The notes beneath the pieces were generated by a model that made no database searches, was not told the origin of the DNA, and worked only from the letters and a program-made list of their open reading frames with translations. DNA of 64,000 nucleotides from Octopus sinensis. Lineage: Eukaryota. A program made the position numbers and the translations under genes. Position 1 is the first letter of the stretch. Every line of letters starts with the position of its first letter. Below are positions 38,864 through 50,241 of this stretch, piece after piece. The stretch lies in NCBI RefSeq assembly GCF_006345805.1, contig NC_043002.1:112344001-112408000 (forward strand), given 5' to 3'.

Positions 38864-41414
38864 CCGGCCATATTTCTCTCGACGTCCAAGTCCCTTTCAA
38901 ACACTGGACAAACGTCAAGGTATCACCAGCTTTCTGTCTAGCCACAGAGTTTGAGAAATTCCCCTTTTCAATGCTTCTGATGTCACGGGAATACCGATCT
39001 CACTTCTAACAACACCAAGTGACGCGTCTCGGCCATTAGCAGCCCAGTTCCAGTAACAATCTTGGACTTCCCATGCCTTTTCATTCGGTAAACCGAACCT
39101 GAACGACTTCAGTTTCTGTAAGAAGCGTGCGGAACTTTTAGGCGATTAGGTCCGAATCAAACTCTTTTCTCTTTTACTCTTTTACTTGTTTCAGTCATTT
39201 GACTGCGGCCATGCTGGAGCACCGCCTTTAGTCGCGGCAAATCGACCCCGGGACTTCTTCTTTGTAAGCCCAGTACTTATTCTATCGGTCTTTTGCCGAA
39301 CCGCTAAGTAACGGGGACGTAAACACACAGCATCGGTTGTCAAGCAATGCTAGGGGGACAAACACAGACACACAAACCCAAACACACATTTACACACATA
39401 TACATATATACATATATACGACAGGCTCCTTTCAGTTTCCGTCTACCAAATCCACTCACAAGGCATTGGTCGGCCCGGGGCTATAGCAGAAGAACTTGCC
39501 CAAGATGCTACGCAGTGGGACTGAACCCGGAACCATGTGGTATGGTTAGCAAGCTACTTACCACACAGCCACTCCTGCGCCTATGTTCACTACAAATACA
39601 AAAATGTACATACTGTTCAGCATACACAGGCACGCACATACGCACACACCGATACATAATCCTAAACACATTTGCATGCGCACGCGTATATAGCAGGTAT
39701 TAACACACGTACACATACGCACACACTATATACACACGCATACACTCACAACTAATTAAACGATGCAGCTCTGATATACACAGTTGACACATGCATTTAC
39801 ATATATCCATACACGAGTACTCGCACACAGCCCTCACTCAAATTACCAGTTTAAACAAGCCCTCTCCGTACAGACATACATAGACATCAGACTTCTACAG
39901 CTGCGCAACCGCTCATCCTGTACACACACCACATACACACACACACACACACAAACACACACTCACAACACACATGTACTCTGCCGGCCATATTTCTTAT
40001 TTCTTATTTCTTTATTGCCCACAAGGGGCTAAACATAGAGGGGTCAAACAAGGACAGACAAAAGGATTATGTCTATTACATCGATCCCACTGCGAAACTG
40101 GTACTTAATTTGTCGACCCCGAAAGGATGAAAGGCAAAGTCGGCGGAATTTGAACTAAGAACGAAACGGCAGACGAAATACCTATTTCTTTACAACCCAC
40201 AAGGGCTAAACACCGAGGGGACAAACAAGGACAGACAAACGGATTAAGTCGATTATATCGAGTCCAATGCGAACTGGTACTTAATTAATCGGCCCCGAAA
40301 GGATGAAAGGCAAAATCGGCCTCGGCGGAATTGAACTAAGAAGTAACGGCAGACGAAATATGGCTACACATTTCGTCCGGCGTGCAAACGTTTCTGCTAG
40401 CTCGCCCACGGCCATATTTCTCTCGACGTCCAAGCCCCTTTCAAAAACACTGGACAAACGTCAAGGTATCACCAGCATTCTGTCTAGCCACAGAGTTTGA
40501 GAAATCCCCTTTTCATGCTTCTGATGTCACGGGAATACCGATCTCACTTCTAACAACACCAAGTGGACGCGTCTCGGCCATTAGCAGCCCAGTTTCAGTA
40601 GTAACAATCTTTGACTTCCATGCCTTTTCATTCGGTAAACCGAACCTGAACGACTTCAGTTTCTGTAAGAAGCGTGCGGAAATTTAGGCGATTAGGTCCG
40701 AATCAAAAACTCTTTTCTCTTTTACTTTTTACTTGTTCAGTCATTTGATTGCGGCCATGCTGGAGCACCGCCTTTACTCAAGCAAATCGACCCCGGGACT
40801 TATTCTTTGTAAGCCCAGTACTTATTCTATCGCTAATTGACGGGGACCGCTAAGTGACGGGGACGTAAACACACCAGCATCGGTTGTCAATAATAAATAA
40901 TATAAGTAACTCCTGCTAAATGTATTGAGTGCTTTTTTATTTCGTTTGTTCACTTACTCGTACACACAAACACACACACACACATACACACACACATACA
41001 CACACATCACACACACATACACACACACACACACGCCGCACACACGCGCACACAAACACAAACACACACGCACAAACACACATGCATGTGCTTGTCTGCA
41101 AGTGTTTGTATTTTATGTTTACGTGTGCGTTTTTTATTAGTATTGATTACAGAAAAGTATAATTACAAGCGCACTCAAGCACGTTTATACACTCATATGC
41201 ATACTCACTCACAGACACACAAAGACATAAACAATTACACACTTGTACAACTGTTTGTGTTTCTGTGTTTAATGGATCTGTATGAATGAGTCTGTAGGTG
41301 TTATGTGTCTTTCCATGTGTATAACCGACAGAGAACGCATGCTTGTAGGATTCGATGTTCGTTTCGTAAGCATTGACAAGTGCGCCTTCTGTTTGTGAGT
41401 GGAATATGTTACTC

Positions 41415-41472
41415 GGGACTAAACCCGGAACCATGTGGTTCGTAAACAAGCTACTTACCACACAGCTACTCC

Positions 41473-41473
<1 letters not shown>
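41415..41473 (-). mobile_element. SINE family C head fragment
   Basis: cccggaaccatgtggtt...agctacttaccacacagc. Confidence 0.7.
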
Positions 41474-41503
<30 letters not shown>

Positions 41504-41793
41504 GATGTATATCATATTATATCATATCCATGTATAAGTTTCAGCAGACGTTACTTTTTACTGTGATGCTAATGAGTAAGTTTTAAAGCACAAAACTGTG
41601 AAACCACAGCGAATGAACGTGGGAAAGTAAGGGGGTGGAGGAAAACGAACTTTAGCTAAAGAATGAAATGCTTACCTCACTGTTGTGATGTTTTAATTTC
41701 ATTTTATTTCTCCTTTAACGTAATAAGTGGTTTAGAAGATATTTTCACAAAGAAATGTTTTTATTATATATAATTTGTATGTATGTATGTATG

Positions 41794-41834
<41 letters not shown>

Positions 41835-42103
41835 TATACAATATATATATGTATAAATATACTCACTCACACACACACACACTATATATATATATATATA
41901 TAATATATATTAACACATATATATATATATATATATATACACTCACTCACACCACACATATATATATATATTATATATATATATATATACACATATATAT
42001 ATGTATATATATACACTCACTCACACTCAACCATCTTATATATATTATATATATATATCTATATATATATATACATACACATATATATATACGCATAACA
42101 TAT

Positions 42104-42138
<35 letters not shown>

Positions 42139-42832
42139 CATAGTTACGCACGCACACACATATATATACATACATATGCAACTCATATTGCGTGTTATAG
42201 AAAATGAAAATTAAATCGAATTTCATCAATATCTACTCTATATTTCGTGGTATAAAAGACATTTCTAAATACAAAATAATTTAATATTTAATTTTTTTGT
42301 AATTATAATGTTGTAAAGAAACATCATTAATGAAACAAGGTAAGCGCTATTTTTTGCTTAGACTTTCAACTTCAAAACACTGTTTGCTTTATAAGCTTTC
42401 TGTGTGAAGTTTGCTACTAATCTTCCGATTTTTCATATGAAGTACACCGTTAATTGTTTGTTTGATCTCTTGTATGCCACAAAGTCAAAAAGATTGAGAA
42501 TCACCTGAGCTGCTAAAAATAGTTGCAAAATCTCCCTGAAATGATCCTTTACAATAAGATAAATGGAAAGACATGTCGCTTAATGTAGCTCACTGATATA
42601 CAGGTATTCTACCTTCTACCTTTAATCGTTTCAGTCAGTAAACAACAGCCATAGCGAGGCTCCACCTTGAAGGTTTTAGTTGAACAAATTGCCCCTAATA
42701 CCTTTTTTGCTGATCAGATACGTTCCAAGGACGAAAGAATGAAGACCATTTCTTAAGCAGTGGAGGGGACAAATATAAACACACACACACACACACACAT
42801 ACATATATATATATATGTATATATATGCATAA

Positions 42833-42864
<32 letters not shown>

Positions 42865-43078
42865 TATATATATCATATACATACATATACAGATACTTAT
42901 ATATATATACACACGTCAACACACACACACACACACCTCCAACACTACACATACAACACACATACATACATACATACAACATACGTGCGTACATACTTGC
43001 ATGCATATACATATATATTATATATGTATATATAATATATACATACACACGTACACACATACTAGATACATATATGTA

Positions 43079-43121
<43 letters not shown>

Positions 43122-43124
<3 letters not shown>

Positions 43125-43328
43125 CGGAGATGTACTCGCATAGCAAGTAATTTGATCTGAGATCGTGTGCTGAAACGAAAACAATTGCAGCGTGGGAAGG
43201 TGTTTATAAGCCATTTAAGAAACACCACAAGCCGTTCGATTCACTTCAAAATTTAAGTTTAATTTGTCAAATATTTTCGTCGCTAAAATCCGCGACCTGT
43301 TCACTGACAAAGTCCGTGCTGCATCTCT
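43122..43328 (-). mobile_element. PLE-type terminal repeat carrying a G3-C8 hammerhead
   Basis: Shares 43122-43247 with 10528-10652; lies in (TA)n. Confidence 0.65.
43263..43311 (-). ncRNA. Type I hammerhead-like ribozyme with swapped G3-C8 core pair
   Basis: uuuguca-GUGAACA-g-gucgc(ggauuuua)gcgac-GAAAauaUU-ugacaaa: perfect 7-bp stem I and 5-bp stem II. Confidence 0.65.
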
Positions 43329-43340
43329 ATATACGTATAT

Positions 43341-43563
43341 ATAGTTAATCCAAACATGAAAACATAAAGAGAAAACACACAATAACGCGAGGACGTGGAA
43401 CAAGTACAGTGTTATTGGACGCTCAGGAAAGGAAAGAAAGAAGGAGGATTCAACGTTTCGATTGGAGCTCTTTGTCAGAAACATAGAAAAAGGAAAGATC
43501 CAAGAAGGGAAGGCAGCAGAAAAAAAATTGGAGGGAAAATACGCCAACGATACACACGCGGTC

Positions 43564-43568
<5 letters not shown>
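43341..43568 (-). mobile_element. PLE-type terminal repeat with degenerate hammerhead (43447-43484)
   Basis: Homologous to 18995-19192; minus strand reads uguuu-CUGACAA-a-gagc(ucc)aauc-GAAA-cg-UU-gaau, with G8 and stem II mutated. Confidence 0.6.
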
Positions 43569-43618
<50 letters not shown>

Positions 43619-43641
43619 TACATACATATATATATATTATA

Positions 43642-43856
43642 TATAAGTAAATAATTGGAGTTGAACGCAGATGCTATTCAAACTCTTTTACTTTCGACAT
43701 ATGTTTCGAAGACAACATTGGTTTTATTCTAAAGGAATATGCGCTGTAAAATGCAATCTTCTCATCAGGAATAAAACCAATGTTGTCTTCGAAACATATG
43801 TCGAAAGTAAAATAATTTGAATAGCATCTGCGTTCAACTCCATTTATTTACTTATA
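43642..43856. mobile_element. PLE-type fold-back: 88-bp arms, 39-nt loop
   Basis: 43642-43729 is the inverted repeat of 43769-43856. Confidence 0.85.
43691..43776 (-). ncRNA. Type I hammerhead motif, canonical core, GUC cleavage triplet
   Basis: uuc-CUGAUGA-gaaga...ucuuc-GAA-AC(auau)GU-C-gaa; palindromic ACAUAUGU stem III; stem I only about 3 bp. Confidence 0.65.
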
Positions 43857-44004
43857 CTATACAAATTACTGCACATTAACCAGGAGATTCTACCTTTGAA
43901 TAGGTCTCTTCATCCTTGTCATTTGCGTGAATTTTGCTACCCTGGTAACTGTTTATTGAATTTTCCATGTTAACGGTAAACAAAGGATATTCATTCATTC
44001 ATCC

Positions 44005-44056
<52 letters not shown>

Positions 44057-44190
44057 TGAACACAACTAGAAATACGAAAACTAAAAGAAGCAGTATATAT
44101 GCTAAGACACAACCTCCTAAGCAGACCGAGTGCAAATATGAATAGCATATTGGAACTGGTATTAAGGAAGGATAGGAAAATATTAGATTT

Positions 44191-44365
44191 ATCACGTGAT
44201 CACGTGACCGACCAGACCATCAGATGTTGTTAGACATCGCTGGTCACAATGTGTTCGCATTGTTTTAGCCTTCGAATGACGCCACCCCGCTGGCTAAGCG
44301 AGCAGGCCAACAGAAGAAAGAGTGGTGAAAGAGTACAGCAGGGATCACCACCCCCTGCCGGAGCC
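44191..44365 (-). mobile_element. SINE A-related subfamily, 5'-truncated
   Basis: Reverse complement of about 18795-18977. Confidence 0.8.
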
Positions 44366-44589
44366 ACATTAGATTTATAAGCTCTAAAATTCATTCCATA
44401 ATTGCCCTCGGGCATATGGCGTAGTAGAGCGTGAGTTCGATTCCAAGCAGTGACCTGAAAAACAACAACAACAACAATAATAATAATAACATTAAAAAAA
44501 TGTGAAATTTCCCCAAGAGGGTATATTAGCCGAAACGTTGTGTTAACCAACAAACAAGATGAGGACAAATATCCGTCGAATGTAAATAA

Positions 44590-45020
44590 TGTTTGAAAAG
44601 TTTATAGTACTTGTGGTCCCTCGTGAAATGCTTCCTAATCAACGACAGGAAGCTCCTAGCTACGTTGGTGGAAATCTCTAAGTTAAATGGGATGGGTTTG
44701 AACCAGATTATCTTTCGCAATCTGGTTCTCTTCGGGTGCAGAGGTGGGGGTTAGGTATACTTATAAATGCTAACTCTCTGAAGATCTGCTCCTTGCCAAT
44801 GCCTCATTGTCGCGTGTGATGGGTTTCGATGATGAACAGCCTGTCGGCTGAAAGCTTGGATGTTTTTCTGCTAACTCTTTAAACTAGGTTTCTAACTAAA
44901 AGACGGAGATAATTCGAGCTTCTGTGGATGGACATAGTGTCCTCCTTGGGATTTCTGTAGGAGTAGTGCTTGCCCGTCCTCAGATGTCTTGGAAGTGGTC
45001 CAATCGCCATATCACAGGCC
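44590..45020 (-). pseudogene. Penelope-like element ORF fragment (RT thumb to linker before GIY-YIG)
   Basis: LRTGKHYSYRNPKEDTMSIHRSSNY... and RKIIWFKPIPFNLEISTNVARSFLSLIRKHF...HKYYKLF resemble the PLE motifs YRKP..T..YI...SNHP and RNIIWFNPPFS.NV.TN.G..FL.LIDKHFP. Confidence 0.75.
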
Positions 45021-45239
45021 GACTTCCCAATCTTATGCGTCCTCTGTAATCCCTTACGTTCACCTCCATAAACGCTGGGCCGCACTCATACGTTCGTACA
45101 CACCCTCATGCTCATCTATGTACGTGTGTTTTTCCTCTCTTCTTTTCTCCTCTTCACATCATCAAACATCAGCCAAAACCAAACCCCCACACTAGCATAC
45201 ATTTGTCATGCTCACAAACATAATTACCTAAAGCATACA

Positions 45240-45282
<43 letters not shown>

Positions 45283-45304
45283 CTCTCTCTCTCTTTATGT
45301 ATAT

Positions 45305-45530
45305 ATTTCTTTACTAAACACAAGGGGCTAAACATAGAGGGGACAAACAAGGACATACAAAGCGATTAAGTCGATTCCATCGACCCCAGTGCGTAACTGG
45401 TACTTAATTTATCGATCCTGAAAGGATGAAAGGCAAAGTCAACCTCGGCGGAATTTGAACTCAGAACGTAACGGCAGACGAAATACGGATTCGCATTTCG
45501 CCCGGCGTGCTAACGTTTCTGCCAGCTCGC
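45305..45530 (-). mobile_element. SINE family B
   Basis: tttctttactaaacacaaggggctaaac...gtttctgccagctcgc. Confidence 0.9.
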
Positions 45531-45705
45531 AGACGACAACGCACTCAACGCTTTCACATACGCAGCAGAGCATGAACTGCTTTTCCACGGCCTCCCAATC
45601 AGTACCCAGGAAACTGAGGTCATGCACCAAACTGCCTCGCAGAAGCCGTTTCTGGAAGCAACTATCACTGTCAAAGAGGAAACCCTGAAGGTTGTTCATA
45701 AGTTC

Positions 45706-45712
<7 letters not shown>
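45527..45712 (+). mobile_element. Duplicated RTE RT fragment
   Basis: Near-identical to about 46821-47012. Confidence 0.8.
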
Positions 45713-45752
<40 letters not shown>

Positions 45753-45767
45753 ATATATGTGTGTGTG

Positions 45768-45808
<41 letters not shown>

Positions 45809-46329
45809 GGTGTGTGTGTGTATGTGTGTGTGTGTGTGTGTGCGTGTATGTGAGTGTGTACATACACACGCACAGTCAGACGTTCACATACAAATACGTA
45901 CGTTCATTAATGATCCATACGCACACACATCCATACATGCATCGTAAACTCATATGTGCTTACACACCAATGCAGCAAGCATTAATGCACGCGTATTCGT
46001 GCATACACACACACATACACACACACACACACAACATACACACACACACACATACTCATGCAACTAATATACACGCATCTAATAAACACAGCTAACATTA
46101 CAACCAAATATTTGCGCATGCGTATACTTACACGGTAAATCCTCAGATCACTTTATTTGTTTCATACATCATACAGAGTATATAATGAAGACATCATAAA
46201 GAAGACTGGAGAAATATTCTTCTTCAAAATTTGTTTATTACAGTATTATTCTCAGTAAATTCAAATCCGCCTGGTGTTTCTGCTGGATAAGTGTTCTGAT
46301 GCTTTTACGTGTAGAATTTATACGCATTT

Positions 46330-46703
46330 GTGGAGGCGCAATGGCCCAGTGGTTAGGGCAGCGGACTCGCGGTCATAGGATCGCGGTTTCGATTCCCAGA
46401 CCAGGCGTTGTGAGTGTTTATTGAGCGAAAATAGCCTAAACTCCACGAAGCTCCGACAGGGGATGGTGGTGATCCCTGCTGTACTCTTTCACCACAACTT
46501 TCTCTCACTCTTACTTCCTGTTTCTGTTGTACCTGTATTTCAAGGGGCCGGCCTTGTCACTGTCTGTGTCACGCTGAATATCCCCGAGAACTACGTTAAG
46601 GGTACACGTGTCTGTGGAGTGCTCAGCCACTTACACGTTAATTTCACGAGCAGGCTGTTCCGTTGATTCGAATCAACCGGAACCTTCGTCGTCGTAACCG
46701 ACG
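46330..46703 (+). mobile_element. SINE family A
   Basis: Same sequence as 3048-3430, with a shortened 3' end. Confidence 0.9.
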
Positions 46704-46744
46704 ATTAAGTTGCAGCACATATTCATTCAACTTAGACATTCCTA

Positions 46745-47300
46745 TCGTTCAACGTTTTACTCTTGTGAAGACTACAAGCCAAGACCAAGATGGAAGAGAA
46801 CTCAGTGTCCGTTGACCTCTTCGCAGACGACAACGCACTCAACGCTTTCACATATACCCAGATGCAGCAGAGCATGAACTGCTTTTCCACGGCCTCCCAA
46901 TCAGTACTCAGGAAACTGAGGTCATGCACCAAACTGCCTCGCAGAAGCCGTTTCTGGAAGCAACTATCACTGCCAAAGAGGAAACCCTGAAGGTTGTTCA
47001 TAAGTTCACATACATTGGCAGTACATTCTTTAAATCTGTGAACACTGACGATGATGTCGACAAACGCATCACCAAGGGAAGTTCAGTATTCGGACTGCTA
47101 CGTGAAACTGTTTGGGGGGGGGGGAGGCTGGCCACAAAGCTGAAGATGTACTAACATACTGCTTACGTTTCTGTATGCCTGCGGGACTTGGACGGTTTAC
47201 GTACACCACATCAAAAGCGAAACCATTCCACTTAAACTTCCTGAGAAAGCTGTTGAAAATCAATTGGCAACACTAGGTTCCAGACACTGATGTCCTTTCT
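46745..47300 (+). mobile_element. RTE/BovB-like LINE RT fragment (decayed)
   Basis: LFADDNALNA...MQQSMNCFS, ETLKVVHKFTYIGS...DDDVDKRITKGSSVFGLLRETVW...TKLKMY. Confidence 0.8.
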
Positions 47301-47644
47301 GTTCTGTTATAATAAACACAATTCTACATTAATGTGATGAGTTACTCAATACTTTCGTAGAGTACACAATTATTATTCTTATACAAGAAAGTTATTGATG
47401 GTGACTTTGAAGTTTCGGCCAGCCAAGCCTCTTCGGACTGGGATGAATTTGCTTTGTCTCTATTGAGTTGAAATCATTTCTAGGAAGAGATATATGTTTC
47501 TCCCAAGGTGGTCATTGTTCTATAAGCAATTTAATTGGTATGCAAGGATCTTAAACTTCTTGGTTTGTGGAGGTAGACTTTGTTTGGTGTTTGTTTCTAA
47601 AATTCCTTCAAATTCTTTTCTCGATATATGCTAAAGAGAGCCTT

Positions 47645-48586
47645 AGCAAGAGTCATCAGTGGAGTCCCGTAAGGTACTGTATTGGGCCCAGTTCTTTTCT
47701 TTATTTACGTCAATGACATCGTTGACTTGATGACTTCATTAGAATTTTCACGGATGACTTTAAGCTTCTAAAGGTCATCAACAGGTCAAGAGACTGGATT
47801 AATCTCCAATTGGATCTACTCGCTGTTATCCGATGGACGGAAAAACACAATATGCAAGTAAACGGGAATAAATTTGAATTAATTCACTTCGGAAAAGAGG
47901 CATCATCACCGCTTCTAACTGTCAACAACTTAAGCTGGACTGCCAACATCAACAGGAAAGCTAACATGGTCCGCAGGAAATGCTGCTATATCCTCTTATC
48001 CTTCTCTTCTCCGCCTTCGCTTTCCTTGTGCGGAGGCGGAGACGCTGTAGTTTCCTTACACGAAACAAAATATAAAAATTGAGGCACCCTCTCCAGAGAT
48101 CAATTACAAAAAAATAAAAAAATAGACAATAATACAGATTTTGATTGTTAGGACTGCGTCGAGACAATCAAACCTTATTCCCTCCTACACCGCCGTCTGC
48201 GTTATATCATTTGTATTTCGCGGAAAATATTCCACCAATATTGCCCAAATGAATTTTACATAAACTTTAAAATTCATCTAAGTCTTGGTCCTCGTACTAT
48301 CCGCCCTCTATAAAAATCAAGCTCGTGTCACAACACAACATTAAGATAGAACGATTTCATCTTAACTGGCGCTGCTCTTTTCTACATAGTACGAAGACAT
48401 ATGGGAGAAGAAAACAATCTCGTAGCATTCACACGGTTCCTGGATGAATATCTCCAACAAATTCTAGATAAACCACCGACACTCATCTATATGTCTGCAA
48501 ACAATGACTCTTTACTGGAATGACTGTATTATGAATCATCATTGAAAGTCTTTTCAAGGTGGTGCTATTAACTAAGTATCTAAGTA
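47645..48586 (+). mobile_element. CR1/Jockey-group LINE 3' fragment (decayed)
   Basis: VISGVP*GTVLGPVLFFIYVND, FTDDFKLLK, W.EKHNMQVNGNKFELIHFG; short ctaagta repeat tail. Confidence 0.7.
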
Positions 48587-48641
48587 TACAGATAGATAGA
48601 TCGATCGATCGCAAATAGAGAGACAGACAGACAGATAGATG

Positions 48642-48693
<52 letters not shown>

Positions 48694-48731
48694 GATAGAT
48701 AGGTAGATAGATGGATGGATAGATGGATAGA

Positions 48732-48762
<31 letters not shown>

Positions 48763-49019
48763 GCAGACAGACAGACAGACAGACAGGCAGACAGATAGAT
48801 ATATAGATAGATAGATGAATTAAGATAAATCTAATTCAAGATATAAAATAACTGATTAGTCTATGTAAGGTTAAGTAGACGGAGAGAAAAGAAAAACCAT
48901 ATACGTACGTATGTATGTCTATCTATCTATCCATTTATCAATTTACATCTTTATATATATATATATATCTATATATATATATACTGTTTTCCCCCTCTTT
49001 CTCAAATTCATTTTCCCCC

Positions 49020-49535
49020 TTCACCGTTTGCTATCTGTCTCTCTCTCCCTCTTTCTCTTTTTATCACTCTCGTTGCTTACACGGGACCACTGTCCAGCTT
49101 TCTTTTTCTTCACGTGACCATCTTTCTTAACCTCCAGGACGTCCTAAGGAGTGGACGCCTTTTATCTCTCTCTTCTATCTTTTCTCTTTTCAAAGAAGAT
49201 ATTTCTCCAGCGTTCGCTATTTTGCCCTCGTTCTGGTCTAAGACCTTCCATGTTTGTCTTCGTTCGGTTTCCTTGCATGTCTCCACTGTCCTGTTTGAGC
49301 CTTCATAAATCCAAAATTTTATTTTGGTATTTATGGGAGCAACTGTCTTCGAAGACTCATATTCTCATTGAATTCTCGAAATGAAGAGTAGACAGACAAC
49401 CGACAACTGATGAAGGGCCGTTCTTTGTGTTACTTGTTCTGTTTTCCATTTCTTTTTGTCTCGTTGTTTTCGGGTATCTGACTCATTTCTTTTCATATTT
49501 CATGTTGTTTACAGTTGGTGGCGTCCTGTACCCAT
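49020..49535 (+). mobile_element. CT-rich PLE-like repeat fragment
   Basis: 49370-49525 resembles the reverse complement of about 1815-1975. Confidence 0.45.
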
Positions 49536-49562
49536 ATATGCATATATATATATATATATATA

Positions 49563-49600
<38 letters not shown>

Positions 49601-49620
49601 TGAGAAAGAGAGAGAGAGAG

Positions 49621-49684
49621 AGAGAAGATTAGCATGGCCCCTGCGCAAGGATGACACGCAAATTCGTGAAGCGTTCCATATTTT
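49621..49684 (+). pseudogene. U6: 5'-truncated U6 snRNA copy (U6 nt 43-106)
   Basis: agagaagattagcatggcccctgcgcaaggatgacacgcaaattcgtgaagcgttccatatttt matches the conserved metazoan U6 3' part as I recall it; the 5' part is replaced by (GA)n. Confidence 0.92.
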
Positions 49685-49777
49685 CCTATATATATATAGC
49701 TATATATATATATATAATTGTTGCATGAAAACACGTATTAAAAAGATAGATAGCTAGATGGATGGATAGATAGATAA

Positions 49778-49847
<70 letters not shown>

Positions 49848-49952
49848 GACTTAAGATAATCTAATACAAAGTGCAATATAACTGATTCGAGGATAAGGAA
49901 AAGGGGAAAACACCACTCAATCTATCTATCTATCCATCTATCCATCCGTCTG

Positions 49953-50019
<67 letters not shown>

Positions 50020-50241
50020 GTCCGTCTATCTATCTATCTATTGACGGATGTGATGTCGTTTCAGCTCCGAAGGTAATCATTTATTTTGACTATTTATAGG
50101 CCAATTTTTGTGTAGATTTTTGCAAATAAGGTGTGTAAGGCAACCAACTTTCATTTAAGTGCTTTTCCAAGGGAGGAATTCGCCCCTAAGGGCAGTTTCG
50201 ACCCCATTTCATTTCTATTATTTTCTTCTCGACATTAGAAA

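Larger units (their letters stand above)
37601..40890. repeat. About 1.55-kb tandem duplication (about 2.1 copies)
   Basis: 37601-39160 is repeated at 39161-40708, with a partial third copy at 40709-40890; differences are mostly 1-nt indels. Confidence 0.85.

Noticed and set aside
44822-44862. Plus-strand gatgatga-acagcc(tgtc)ggct-gaaagctt hammerhead-like motif
   Set aside because: The core and stem I are poor, and it lies antisense to the PLE coding fragment, so it is likely chance.
49370-49420. GAAA...CTGATGA as a type II hammerhead (also about 1930-1975 minus)
   Set aside because: No stem I or stem III pairing can be formed between the motifs.
49621-50041. U6-LINE chimeric retrogene
   Set aside because: The U6 piece is 5'-truncated and separated from the LINE by about 360 bp of microsatellite and unique DNA, not fused to it.
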